From sequence record OQ031493.1: a DNA stretch of 64,000 nt; one strand, given 5' to 3'. Made by a program: the position numbers and the translations under genes. Positions 1-8,584 of the stretch are shown one piece after another (position 1 is the first letter of the stretch; the number at the start of each line of letters is the position of its first letter). The notes below the pieces were generated by a model, which worked only from the letters and a program-made list of their open reading frames with translations, made no database searches and was not told the DNA's origin.

Positions 1-356
1 TTTTTAGTTTGATGTACGGACCTTCCCTTAAAGGATTCACTCTTTTCCTTATTACTTGACTTCTGCCATTTATGCGGGTCACTCGAACAATATAACTTTT
101 CGGTGGCCCGCTTAAACTGTTTTTCTTGAGGGATCTCCTCAGTGTTTTTCTTGGCATAATCTGTAATAAAGTCCTCTAGCCCTTTGGGCATAAAGGCATC
201 CTGAACAGGATGGAATTCTTCAAAGAAAGTATTAATGTATTTATCATCATCTACGGTAGACATCTTATTATCTACCATGGTATTTTTTTCTATAAGAGAT
301 ACCCTCAGGGCATCCTGCCATCTTTCGATGACTTCTGGAAATAATTGAACGTTCAT
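1..356 (-). CDS. Hypothetical protein, partial (runs off left edge; phiKZ gp121 position)
   Basis: Hand translation from ATG at 356 (MNVQLFPEVIERWQDALRVSLIEKN...) stays open to position 1; AGGT RBS upstream; early promoter at 400-416. Confidence 0.7.
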   Translation of the reverse strand, partial: MNVQLFPEVIERWQDALRVSLIEKNTMVDNKMSTVDDDKYINTFFEEFHPVQDAFMPKGLEDFITDYAKKNTEEIPQEKQFKRATEKLYCSSDPHKWQKSSNKEKSESFKGRSVHQTK

Positions 357-399
357 TTGGATTAACCTATTTTTAAATTAGAAGATCATGATCATTACT

Positions 400-416
400 G
401 TAATATAGATCTTAAA
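400..416 (-). promoter_or_regulatory. phiKZ-type early promoter (virion RNAP)
   Basis: Minus strand reads TTTAAGATCTATATTAC, matching the known phiKZ early TATATTAC motif with upstream TTTAA. Confidence 0.75.
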
Positions 417-442
417 CTTTTTTTAATGTAATACAACATAAA

Positions 443-462
443 GCCCTCCCCGAAGGGAGGGC
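443..462. terminator. Hairpin terminator downstream of capsid gene
   Basis: GCCCTCCC-CGAA-GGGAGGGC, flanked by CATAAA and CTATG. Confidence 0.85.
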
Positions 463-552
463 CTATGTCTGTTACTATTCTAACTTCCGGGCATTACCGT
501 CTTCCAAATAACGGATAGTCCCATTTTCTAGATAACGGTAACCCTTTCCAGC

Positions 553-2796
553 TCACGGCTTAAGATCAGCAAGCTTACCGTTGAACTGAGTTTCACCCAT
601 GACTTTCTGGAAGCCAGTGATCTTGAACTCTAGCGCGAACGGAATGTTGTTGACGTGTAGGTTGAACGGAATGGCCGCGATTTCGCGAGTAACCTGGTGA
701 CCACCACGAGTGATCGGTAGGTCAGCGATAACAGTAGATACGTAGAAGAACTGACCCCAGGAGAGGATGTCGTTTTCTTGTTGTACTGCGCGGGTCGGAA
801 TTACAACTAGCTTACCATCAAATAGCTGGTTGTTGGTGGAAACGATATCGTACTTGAGATAAGCACCTAGAGTACGGTCGTCACCTTTAGTCATTAGATA
901 GTTAGCAATCTCTTTGTCGGAGCAGAAGAGATACATCGGAGTTTCATCCTGGTTACCGGAGATAACACGGAAGGCAGCTTCAATGTTGGAATCACGGTGA
1001 GCCGGGAATAGCTCAGCTTTAACACAGTTTAGGATCGCAGCGCAAACGTCGTCCCAACGATCTTTAGACTTGATGGTGTCGATGACTTTCTCAAGATCTA
1101 GTTCTTTGTAACGATAGGTCGGACGCATTACAGCGGATAGTGCACCTTCGATGATACCAAACTTCGGACGGTTGTAACCATTGTGTACAACTTCACGTAG
1201 TTGAGCAAGGTAGTTAAGCATGCGCTTAACAGCGTTGTTGCTGTTACGGATGTTGGTGTTAACAGTTAGAGCTTTAACAACCTCACCCGGACCTTCATCG
1301 GTCATGGTGTCCATCGGTAGAGTTACAGGAGCGTGCATCGGGATCGGATGACGGAACTGTAGCGCACGGGTCTGTAGTAGGTGACCACGCTGACGACGGT
1401 TAGTGTTGGTGAAGCGAGTGTCTAGTTCGAAACCGATAACCGCTAGGTCAGTTAGCTGATCTAGAATAGCTTTAACAGCCGGGTCAGCATTATCCATTAC
1501 CTGACCATCTTCGTTTAGAACTTTATCGACGTAAGTGTCGGTAGCACCAAACTTAGAATCGCCTTTGGATAGGCTGATTGTACCACCAAAACCAACGCTT
1601 AGACGTAGGCTTAGTTTAGCAGTCTTAAGGTCGTTAATAACGCCATCAGCTGAACCGTCGATGAAAGTGGTATCGCCACTAACAACAAGGTCATCGCTAT
1701 CGAAACGGATAACTGCGTTCCGGGTATCACCAACTAGATCGGGCTGGAACACAGCGCGAGGTAGACGGTCAACCTTGAACTTAACAACTTTACCGCCGAG
1801 TAGAACGAATAGGTTCTTTAGACGACCAGCCGGATCAATGGTGTCAGAAACTTCAAGCATGCCACGCTGAATGAGTAGGTTAGCATTGGAGTTACCCATT
1901 AGATCAAGACGTACGTTCGCTTTTAGCGGAGCAGTAGTGATAGTTAGGTTCTGCTCGTTCTTGATGGTGTACGGAGGAACAAGAGCCGGGTCTACGAAGA
2001 AGTCAGCATTGGAACCAGCCGGATCTAGGGCAGGAATTAGTGCAATGCTTTCGTCGTCGAGGATGGAAGGATCACGATAGGCTTCTACCATGTTCACTTC
2101 TTCGTTATCCATCTTAACGCCGGATACTTCGTGGTAAACGTCTTTCATTACAGCGATGTAAGGAAGAACCTGAACAACACCACCTTCAATCGGGTTGATA
2201 ACGGTGGTCGGATAGATACGCTCAGCGAATTCATCCTGACGGCTAGCAGCTAGGTTATAACCAATAGTTACAACACGGAAATCACGCTGTGACTTCTCGT
2301 TATAGTTCTCTAGGCCAACACCATTTTCGAATACTTGAATGCCACCAGCAGGGCCATTGAACTGATGCTGTACAACCTTAACATGATCTTCATTAGAAGC
2401 TTTAGCTTTGGTAATACCACGTAGTGCACGGATATATTTAGTTTCATCAGCACAGGCGATAGCAGCCATGGTAGCAGCAGTGATTTGGTTTTCACGGACA
2501 CGTTCTTCACGAGCACGTACTTGAGGATCACTGGAACTTACTCGTTCGAAACCATAGTCGTTAACGAGCATTTGCATTTTGTTATAAATTGCAGCGGCAT
2601 CTTGAATGTCGGTAGCTTGCACGGTACCGAAGTTTTCATGTGAAATACTGCTAATAAGGGAACGACCTTGACTAACAACGCTGTCATTTAGACCAATTTC
2701 ACTTTCTAGGCGGCCAATGAAATCTTCCATTGAGAAGACTTCGTAATTCTTTTCGCCTTTGTGTTTAAACAGTTCTCTTAGGGCATGTACGCTCAT
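553..2796 (-). CDS. Major capsid protein (phiKZ gp120 ortholog)
   Basis: 747 aa, same size and recognisable sequence as phiKZ gp120; protease site G-L-E at about residue 163 (NGVGLE/NYNE). Confidence 0.95.
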   Translation of the reverse strand: MSVHALRELFKHKGEKNYEVFSMEDFIGRLESEIGLNDSVVSQGRSLISSISHENFGTVQATDIQDAAAIYNKMQMLVNDYGFERVSSSDPQVRAREERVRENQITAATMAAIACADETKYIRALRGITKAKASNEDHVKVVQHQFNGPAGGIQVFENGVGLENYNEKSQRDFRVVTIGYNLAASRQDEFAERIYPTTVINPIEGGVVQVLPYIAVMKDVYHEVSGVKMDNEEVNMVEAYRDPSILDDESIALIPALDPAGSNADFFVDPALVPPYTIKNEQNLTITTAPLKANVRLDLMGNSNANLLIQRGMLEVSDTIDPAGRLKNLFVLLGGKVVKFKVDRLPRAVFQPDLVGDTRNAVIRFDSDDLVVSGDTTFIDGSADGVINDLKTAKLSLRLSVGFGGTISLSKGDSKFGATDTYVDKVLNEDGQVMDNADPAVKAILDQLTDLAVIGFELDTRFTNTNRRQRGHLLQTRALQFRHPIPMHAPVTLPMDTMTDEGPGEVVKALTVNTNIRNSNNAVKRMLNYLAQLREVVHNGYNRPKFGIIEGALSAVMRPTYRYKELDLEKVIDTIKSKDRWDDVCAAILNCVKAELFPAHRDSNIEAAFRVISGNQDETPMYLFCSDKEIANYLMTKGDDRTLGAYLKYDIVSTNNQLFDGKLVVIPTRAVQQENDILSWGQFFYVSTVIADLPITRGGHQVTREIAAIPFNLHVNNIPFALEFKITGFQKVMGETQFNGKLADLKP

Positions 2797-2868
2797 TTTT
2801 TATTCCTACGTAGGATGAGTTTTTGGTTTAAAAATTTGGGTCTACTAAGCATCTTTTCCGGAATCAAC

Positions 2869-3402
2869 CTAGCAGCTCTCCAAATAATAGGTAAAAATTT
2901 GTGTTGACGCCACGGATTCACGTGGGCGGGTGTTCAACATTTCATTTATCATACTATCAAAGAAAGTATGGTTAAGTTGAATTGAGACACGTCTAGGATC
3001 GCTACTTGCAATGTGCGCACTCTGCTGCACCGCAACCCACAGATTCTCATCTACAGGATATAGGTAATAATCGTACACTAAATTACGGTTACCTGCATCC
3101 CTAAGTTCATTAGTCGCTAGGCGGCTCTCTAAACGATTGTGTAAATCCTTCATCTTAAATTGTTCAGGACCGTCTATTTCACCTAACTCAGCAACTTTGA
3201 TTATCGGGCTTACTGCTAACTTAATATCTAGTTTTTCTGGTAATAGAAAGGGGAAAGCAGTTAAAGCCTGATGTATCTCCGCAAGATCATTTACGGAGGT
3301 TTCGGAAACTATATAGTTGGTGTCTAACAATTTGTTAAATTGTACACCTGCTGTTTTATATGATTCAAAAACAGCTTTTGGCATAACCAGAACTTGGGTC
3401 AT
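2869..3402 (-). CDS. Minor capsid/virion protein (gp119 ortholog)
   Basis: 177 aa ORF directly upstream of the capsid gene, same strand; synteny. Confidence 0.75.
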   Translation of the reverse strand: MTQVLVMPKAVFESYKTAGVQFNKLLDTNYIVSETSVNDLAEIHQALTAFPFLLPEKLDIKLAVSPIIKVAELGEIDGPEQFKMKDLHNRLESRLATNELRDAGNRNLVYDYYLYPVDENLWVAVQQSAHIASSDPRRVSIQLNHTFFDSMINEMLNTRPRESVASTQIFTYYLESC

Positions 3403-3448
3403 TGTGAAAGTACCTATATTGTAACTTTAGGCTTTTGGGAACTGTCTA

Positions 3449-3452
3449 CATA
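3449..3452 (-). promoter_or_regulatory. Candidate late promoter TATG (P119L-like)
   Basis: TATG on minus strand about 47 nt upstream of the gp119-like start; phiKZ late promoters have a TATG core. A 4-nt motif is weak evidence alone. Confidence 0.45.
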
Positions 3453-3541
3453 GCAATATAGCAAATACATTCACTAAAATTACTAGCTATCTAAATGATA
3501 CACTGTACATCTCTTAATTTCACAATTGGAAATCTATAAAA

Positions 3542-5089
3542 ATGTCAAGTCCAAAACAATTACTCGTTTCATGTATCACTCTATTATGTTTAGAAAATCG
3601 AGAAGATTCTCCAGTGGAACCATCCAATGAATTGGTTACTGAGATTCTTGATACTCTAAATGATAAGGGTGGTACATTAGATGTAGATCATGGTCGACAA
3701 ACATTTTTAGATCTTCGTAATCTACTAGTGGATCTAAATAAGAAACAGAAAGCATATTTCCCAGCTACCCAACAGGTATTACAATCACTACAAGTATGTT
3801 GTCGTGAAGAAAGTTATCTATACGATGCTGTTAAAAATGCAGTAGAAGAAGAATTTCCAAATGGCATGGCATTAGCCATGCGTGTAACTTCATATCGTCG
3901 TGATCTAAATAGCTACTTAGCTGATGAGAAGGTAAAAGCTATTGTAAAAGAATGTTCATCAAAAATTCTTTTCAATAGAGGCTCTGCTGATATTCCGGCA
4001 ATCATTAATGAAATGGCAACCAGAGCTGACCCATATATTCGCGCGCGTGCTGAAGAGAAACACCCAGCTGAAATGGGTGCACTTGATTTTGGTAATTTAG
4101 ATTCTATTGAAGGCTTCTTTGAGGAAGCTAAAACTATTCTTTCCCCAAATGGTGCTTTCCGTACTGGATGGAAAGGTTTTAACAGGATGCTTGGTGATCT
4201 GGGTGCATTAAAACGTGGTGAATTTATTATCGGTGGTGGCCTACAACATCAATATAAATCTGGCGTTTCTATGAGTCTATTTTGCCATGTGTGTCTATTT
4301 AATAAACCATACATGCGTGATATCAATAAGAAACCATTAGTAATGTTTATTACTCTTGAGAATGAGATTCCGGATAACCTTATTTTCATTTATGAGTATA
4401 TTTACGAAAATGAAACAGGTATCAAGGTAGATCGTAGTTCTATTAGTAAAGCTGAAGCAGCTGAATATGTATCAGCTCGTCTCCGTGAAAATGGTTTTGA
4501 ACCAGTAATGTATCGTTTTGACCCAACTGAATTTACGATTGCTGGTTTAGTTAACTACCTAGATACATATCAAGCACGTGGTTATGAACTACAATATCTC
4601 TGCGTAGATTATCTAAACATGTTGCCTAAAACTGGATTAGTGACCAGTGTAGCAGGTGATGACGTTCGTCTCCTATTTAGGCGAATGCGTAACTATACTG
4701 CACCACGTGGTATCACATTCTTTAGTCCGCATCAGTTAAGTTCTCAGGCATTAGAACTAATCAGGGATAATATCCCACCAGAAGACTTTGTTAAACAAGT
4801 TGCTAACAAAGGTTACTATGACGGTTGTCGCCGACTTGGACAAGAACCTGATCTGGAATTCTTCTTCCACATTGTTAAAGTAAGTGGTAAGTATTATCTA
4901 ACTGTACAACGTGGTAAACACCGTAACGTTGTAAGTGATAGTAAGCATCACTATTTTGTTATGCCGTTTGATCCAGACCGTATTGGTGGTATTAGATGGG
5001 ATATCGATAAAGAAGAAAACAATTACATGGACTTTGTACCAAGTCTTAGCAATATGCAAGCAACTGGTGGAGATGACTGGGGATATTAA
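3542..5089 (+). CDS. dnaB: DnaB-like replicative helicase (gp118 ortholog)
   Basis: 515 aa; GAFRTGWKGFNRMLG, Walker A-like GGLQHQYKS, MFITLEN, Walker B LCVDYL, SPHQLS, C-terminal QRGKHR. Confidence 0.9.
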   Translation: MSSPKQLLVSCITLLCLENREDSPVEPSNELVTEILDTLNDKGGTLDVDHGRQTFLDLRNLLVDLNKKQKAYFPATQQVLQSLQVCCREESYLYDAVKNAVEEEFPNGMALAMRVTSYRRDLNSYLADEKVKAIVKECSSKILFNRGSADIPAIINEMATRADPYIRARAEEKHPAEMGALDFGNLDSIEGFFEEAKTILSPNGAFRTGWKGFNRMLGDLGALKRGEFIIGGGLQHQYKSGVSMSLFCHVCLFNKPYMRDINKKPLVMFITLENEIPDNLIFIYEYIYENETGIKVDRSSISKAEAAEYVSARLRENGFEPVMYRFDPTEFTIAGLVNYLDTYQARGYELQYLCVDYLNMLPKTGLVTSVAGDDVRLLFRRMRNYTAPRGITFFSPHQLSSQALELIRDNIPPEDFVKQVANKGYYDGCRRLGQEPDLEFFFHIVKVSGKYYLTVQRGKHRNVVSDSKHHYFVMPFDPDRIGGIRWDIDKEENNYMDFVPSLSNMQATGGDDWGY

Positions 5090-5098
5090 CAACATAAA

Positions 5099-5118
5099 GC
5101 TCTCCCTTCGGGGAGAGC
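5099..5118. terminator. Hairpin terminator after dnaB
   Basis: GCTCTCCC-TTCG-GGGAGAGC preceded by CATAAA. Confidence 0.8.
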
Positions 5119-5143
5119 ACTATAATTTTAATAGGTAATCTAA

Positions 5144-5512
5144 ATGAGTGCAATTGATAATTTAGTAAATACTTTAAGAAAAAATATTAGTGAATGTAGA
5201 AAGTTTAATCGCCCTCTATTTGCACGTGTATATGCCGCATCACAAAATTACGATAAAATCCGTTATGCTGTAGCAGAAGAAGCCCATTATTTTAAATATG
5301 GGAAATATGCAGAGGGTAATAATTTAAACATTGATGAACTCATCAGTGATCTTTATTTATATTACACTATTTACGTTGATATTATCCGTAAACCATTACC
5401 CGATCCTAATGGGGATTTTATCAGTATCGTAAACCAAGATCACTATACACACATCTACTGGGATTTAGATCGGTGTGAATCTATTCCAGATGATGTAAAG
5501 GAGTTAATGTAA
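5144..5512 (+). CDS. Hypothetical protein
   Basis: 122 aa ORF with AGGT RBS. Confidence 0.75.
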   Translation: MSAIDNLVNTLRKNISECRKFNRPLFARVYAASQNYDKIRYAVAEEAHYFKYGKYAEGNNLNIDELISDLYLYYTIYVDIIRKPLPDPNGDFISIVNQDHYTHIYWDLDRCESIPDDVKELM

Positions 5513-5513
5513 T

Positions 5514-5750
5514 ATGTACTATGGTAATGTTTATATTATCTTTATTGGTGGTTTATTAATATTTATCCTAGGATTGGTATTTGGAGGAATACTGGGAGAA
5601 GAGAACAATAACGTATATAAACTCAAATCCCAACAATTTGAATACTGCGTTAAAAATAAACAATCAAAAAATAATGACAGTGAAAATATCCAAGTTATTA
5701 AAGTATGCGCAGAGTCTATTGTACTCCTATATCCAACTAATGAAAAATAA
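5514..5750 (+). CDS. Small protein with N-terminal transmembrane helix
   Basis: 78 aa; hydrophobic YIIFIGGLLIFILGLVFGGIL; GGAG RBS; starts right after previous stop. Confidence 0.7.
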   Translation: MYYGNVYIIFIGGLLIFILGLVFGGILGEENNNVYKLKSQQFEYCVKNKQSKNNDSENIQVIKVCAESIVLLYPTNEK

Positions 5751-5758
5751 AGCATTTT

Positions 5759-5776
5759 AGCCCTCTTAGGAGGGCT
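5759..5776 (+). terminator. Hairpin terminator
   Basis: AGCCCTC-TTAG-GAGGGCT followed by TTTATG. Confidence 0.8.
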
Positions 5777-5779
5777 TTT

Positions 5780-6360
5780 ATGTCGTATGGCTAATATGCT
5801 AGTGAATAATGAATAAAATCGATTATAGAGCAAATTAGAAGGTATTAAAGGCATAAAGAAAGTCTATCTCTAGACTTATTATTTTTAATTAAAAAAATAT
5901 AATCTATACTGTGTCTCCTTTTAGGGAGACAGTATGTTTTAGCTAACGCTATTAGAATAATGCTAATATTATTTATTATTAGAATAAGGATATACCTTCG
6001 GTATAGTTTATTATGAAATAAAAGCCCCTACGGGGCGATCCGATTCCTCAGTTCCACATTAGGTAATATTCATGAGTAATATTTAATTACCAGTATCATT
6101 GAGTAATACTGGTAATAATATACTAGATTATTAACAATATGTATTGATCATTCTGATTAAGTCAAATTAGCTAATAAACAAATCAATTATCAACGAGTGA
6201 TAACTGGTATTGATTACTAGCTAAAGAGATTAATTAGGATATCTACATGAGGAGTCGCTACCCCATGTATTCTGGAGTTTCTCTTTAGCGGGAGACTTAA
6301 CTCCACTTGGGAGCCGCTTTAGCGGGCGGCTCTCACTTAAACAAAAAAAAGAATTCAGAT
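5780..6360. other. Non-coding, hairpin-dense AT-rich island (candidate structured ncRNA or origin)
   Basis: No credible ORF; about 9 stem-loops between two terminators (see findings). Confidence 0.5.
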
Positions 6361-6364
6361 AAGT

Positions 6365-6384
6365 CCCTCTCCTTTAGGAGAGGG
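6365..6384. terminator. Hairpin terminator
   Basis: CCCTCTCC-TTTA-GGAGAGGG just after the stop of 6393..6698. Confidence 0.8.
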
Positions 6385-6392
6385 GTTGTTTA

Positions 6393-6698
6393 TCATAGGC
6401 TTCTCCTTTCGGTTACATAGAACTTCTTCTGATCCATGTCAGTGTATGTTACTATGAAATTGTCGAAGGGGTTGATGGATACGGCTAAACCTGCGTTGTT
6501 GACGTATCCTATTGTAGGGCCAGCCCAATAACCAATGAAGTTACCTCTACGATCTCGACATTGGATAACATTATCGGCTTGCGTTTTCGCAACCGACATG
6601 CTATGGGTTGATCCATCGGGTCTCTTGAAAAAGAAACCTACTTCCTGCATTCTGTGCAGGTCAGGGCTAACATTGTTAGCGGTAACTGGAATTAACAT
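6393..6698 (-). CDS. Hypothetical protein
   Basis: 101 aa ORF, AGAGG RBS. Confidence 0.75.
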   Translation of the reverse strand: MLIPVTANNVSPDLHRMQEVGFFFKRPDGSTHSMSVAKTQADNVIQCRDRRGNFIGYWAGPTIGYVNNAGLAVSINPFDNFIVTYTDMDQKKFYVTERRSL

Positions 6699-6828
6699 GA
6701 TTGTTCCTCTTGTTAATCCAAGCCCACTTGGGCGAAAATGTTGAGTATTTTTTACTCAACGGCATATAGCCCTACTGTTACAGCAGTAGGGCTAATTCTT
6801 TTATTCTTAAAAGTTTAACTGAATAAAT

Positions 6829-6850
6829 GCCCTCTCCCGAAGGAGAGGGC
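6829..6850. terminator. Hairpin terminator
   Basis: GCCCTCTCC-CGAA-GGAGAGGGC, TTATGTCG on the plus side. Confidence 0.8.
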
Positions 6851-6863
6851 TTATGTCGTTAAT

Positions 6864-7139
6864 TTATTTAACCAGCGATGTTTCCCTAACACGAGAGATG
6901 CATAAATAATTACTGTAATCGCTGGGGTCGTACTCATCATACCCTAGACAACTTGTATGAATATATTCAGTACTGATATTAATCATATCAAGAGTAATAC
7001 CATCACCCCATTTCTTAGTTGCCATCTCGATAATATCGGCGATAGTATTGGCTACATAACAATCACCCAAGATATAAAAGGTATCTTCGGTATCATCCGG
7101 ACGAAAATGACGAATACCATTCTGTGTATATTCACCCAT
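6864..7139 (-). CDS. Hypothetical protein
   Basis: 91 aa acidic ORF, GAGG RBS inside the upstream small ORF. Confidence 0.75.
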   Translation of the reverse strand: MGEYTQNGIRHFRPDDTEDTFYILGDCYVANTIADIIEMATKKWGDGITLDMINISTEYIHTSCLGYDEYDPSDYSNYLCISRVRETSLVK

Positions 7140-7140
7140 G

Positions 7141-7284
7141 TTAATTATCCTCTTTTCCTTCTTGAGTATGATGAGTGGGCTCTACCCAGTAAAAATCAAT
7201 AAACAGATCAACTGGTTTACAGCCAACCATCTCGCTGTCATCGGCCCATTTACTTTCATCTACGATAATTTCTTCATTAGTCAT
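7141..7284 (-). CDS. Small acidic protein (47 aa, below ORF-track cutoff)
   Basis: AAGGAG RBS; MTNEEIIVDESKWADDSEMVGCKPVDLFIDFYWVEPTHHTQEGKEDN; tiles the gap between neighbours. Confidence 0.7.
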   Translation of the reverse strand: MTNEEIIVDESKWADDSEMVGCKPVDLFIDFYWVEPTHHTQEGKEDN

Positions 7285-7323
7285 TTGTATTTCTCCTTAT
7301 TTACTATAGTAAATATTGTTTAG

Positions 7324-7536
7324 TTACATAGTCCAATTAGTGGCTTCATCAACCATATCAGCTGCTTCTTTATCAGAAGCATTCCAGAGTTTATCAGCCC
7401 ATTCTTTATCCATTTCATTTTGGATATTTTCAAGACGCATGTAATTATGCCATGCCTGACCCAGTCGAAGATTCTTATTATTTTTGTAATAAATTCCAAA
7501 CTCACCACGAACTGATGCAGGAATTGAAATAGTCAC
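7324..7536 (-). CDS. Hypothetical protein (GTG start)
   Basis: 70 aa, AAGGAG RBS, GTGA overlap with upstream ORF. Confidence 0.75.
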   Translation of the reverse strand: MTISIPASVRGEFGIYYKNNKNLRLGQAWHNYMRLENIQNEMDKEWADKLWNASDKEAADMVDEATNWTM

Positions 7537-7694
7537 TTTATAATCTCCTTAGTTACTATCTGACGTGCTTCTTTATAAGAAATATTCGGATTATCATTGA
7601 TGTATTTAAGAACTTTCTGATGTATAATGTTCTCTCGCTCAGTTAGTTCTTTTACTACTCTTTTAAAATAACCTGGTGATCGTTTCATAGTCAT
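7533..7694 (-). CDS. Small protein (53 aa, below ORF-track cutoff)
   Basis: MTMKRSPGYFKRVVKELTERENIIHQKVLKYINDNPNISYKEARQIVTKEIIK; ATGA overlap at start and GTGA overlap at stop indicate translational coupling. Confidence 0.7.
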   Translation of the reverse strand: MTMKRSPGYFKRVVKELTERENIIHQKVLKYINDNPNISYKEARQIVTKEIIK

Positions 7695-7918
7695 GGTTCT
7701 TCGATTAACAAGTTATTTGCCTCGAAAAAGAATGGGGCTGACCAGCTATAATCTGGTTCATTTACCAGTTTTACACTGTTCTTGGTTTTGATAATCTTGC
7801 GATCATACCGCCAGTTTTGTGGTCCATGTTTAGGAATAGTGTAGTATTCACCATCGGGTAGATTAGTGGCTTTTTCCCATCCGAGTTCTTTAATACTAAA
7901 CTTTTTATCAGTTGTCAT
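7691..7918 (-). CDS. Hypothetical protein, paralog of 8274..8537
   Basis: Start moved to MTTDKK (AAGGA RBS); motif NLPDGEYYTIPKHGP. Confidence 0.75.
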   Translation of the reverse strand: MTTDKKFSIKELGWEKATNLPDGEYYTIPKHGPQNWRYDRKIIKTKNSVKLVNEPDYSWSAPFFFEANNLLIEEP

Positions 7919-7981
7919 TTTCTTTATTTCCTTGCTGTCATGAAACCACCCGGTGGCCGTATCAAGCTGCGTCCCCATGGT

Positions 7982-8266
7982 TTATACTGCACGTGGGATC
8001 ACTGATATCTCAAGAGTCAGATCAGCCGCGTCCAGTAGGTTTACCAGGGCGTCCAGAGAGAACTTGTCAATCTTGCCTTTGAGAAGATCATTCAATCTCG
8101 GTTGCGTAACATGTAGGCGAGCAGCAGCGTCTTTTTGCGGAAGATCCCAGCCCTTTATAGTACGGGTGAGAGCCCGCATGAGTTGGGAACGGATACGTAG
8201 GTTTTCAGTTTCTTTTGTCGAGTCAACTAGTGTATCCCAGACACCGGGAGTGCATTCGTTTGCCAT
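7982..8266 (-). CDS. XRE/HigA-like helix-turn-helix protein (orphan antitoxin-like)
   Basis: 94 aa; VWDTL..., QKDAAARLHVTQPRLNDLLKGKIDKFSLDALVNLL typical of bacterial XRE-family antitoxins. Confidence 0.85.
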   Translation of the reverse strand: MANECTPGVWDTLVDSTKETENLRIRSQLMRALTRTIKGWDLPQKDAAARLHVTQPRLNDLLKGKIDKFSLDALVNLLDAADLTLEISVIPRAV

Positions 8267-8273
8267 TTATTTA

Positions 8274-8537
8274 TTACCTCTTGAGGTAAATGCTCGGATA
8301 ATAAACTACATTATATTTAAAGAAATCACTTACCTTGAATTTTATGTTCGGTGCAGTGATTAGATAACAATAATCACCATCAACCATAACGCGTCGATCA
8401 TGGCTATATACCCTAGGACCATGTAACGGAGAAGTTACATAAATCCCATTGGGAAGATTCCGTAAATCGTCTTTATTCAGAAACTTACCATTAGGATTTA
8501 TAGTTAATGGATAACAACCAGGATTAAGTTTATGCAT
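8274..8537 (-). CDS. Hypothetical protein, paralog of 7691..7918
   Basis: 87 aa, GAGGTG RBS; motif NLPNGIYVTSPLHGP. Confidence 0.75.
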   Translation of the reverse strand: MHKLNPGCYPLTINPNGKFLNKDDLRNLPNGIYVTSPLHGPRVYSHDRRVMVDGDYCYLITAPNIKFKVSDFFKYNVVYYPSIYLKR

Positions 8538-8553
8538 ATTTCACCTCTTTTAT

Positions 8554-8580
8554 AAACCACCCTTATATAGGGTGGTTTTT
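8554..8580. terminator. Hairpin terminator
   Basis: AAACCACCCT-TATAT-AGGGTGGTTT with T-run. Confidence 0.75.
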
Positions 8581-8584
8581 TTTT

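Noticed and set aside
1535-2531. Short ORFs overlapping the capsid gene
   Set aside because: Shadow or alternate-frame ORFs caused by biased codon usage in a highly expressed gene
5531-5854. 107-aa minus-strand ORF and other antisense ORFs in the accessory block (6535, 6957, 7138, 7953, 8953, 9867, 9878, 12084, 12505)
   Set aside because: They overlap better-supported genes with an RBS on the opposite strand
5780-6384. RsmA/CsrA-sponge or CRISPR-like interpretation of the hairpin island
   Set aside because: GGA motifs lie mostly in stems rather than loops, and there are no equal-length direct repeats with spacers
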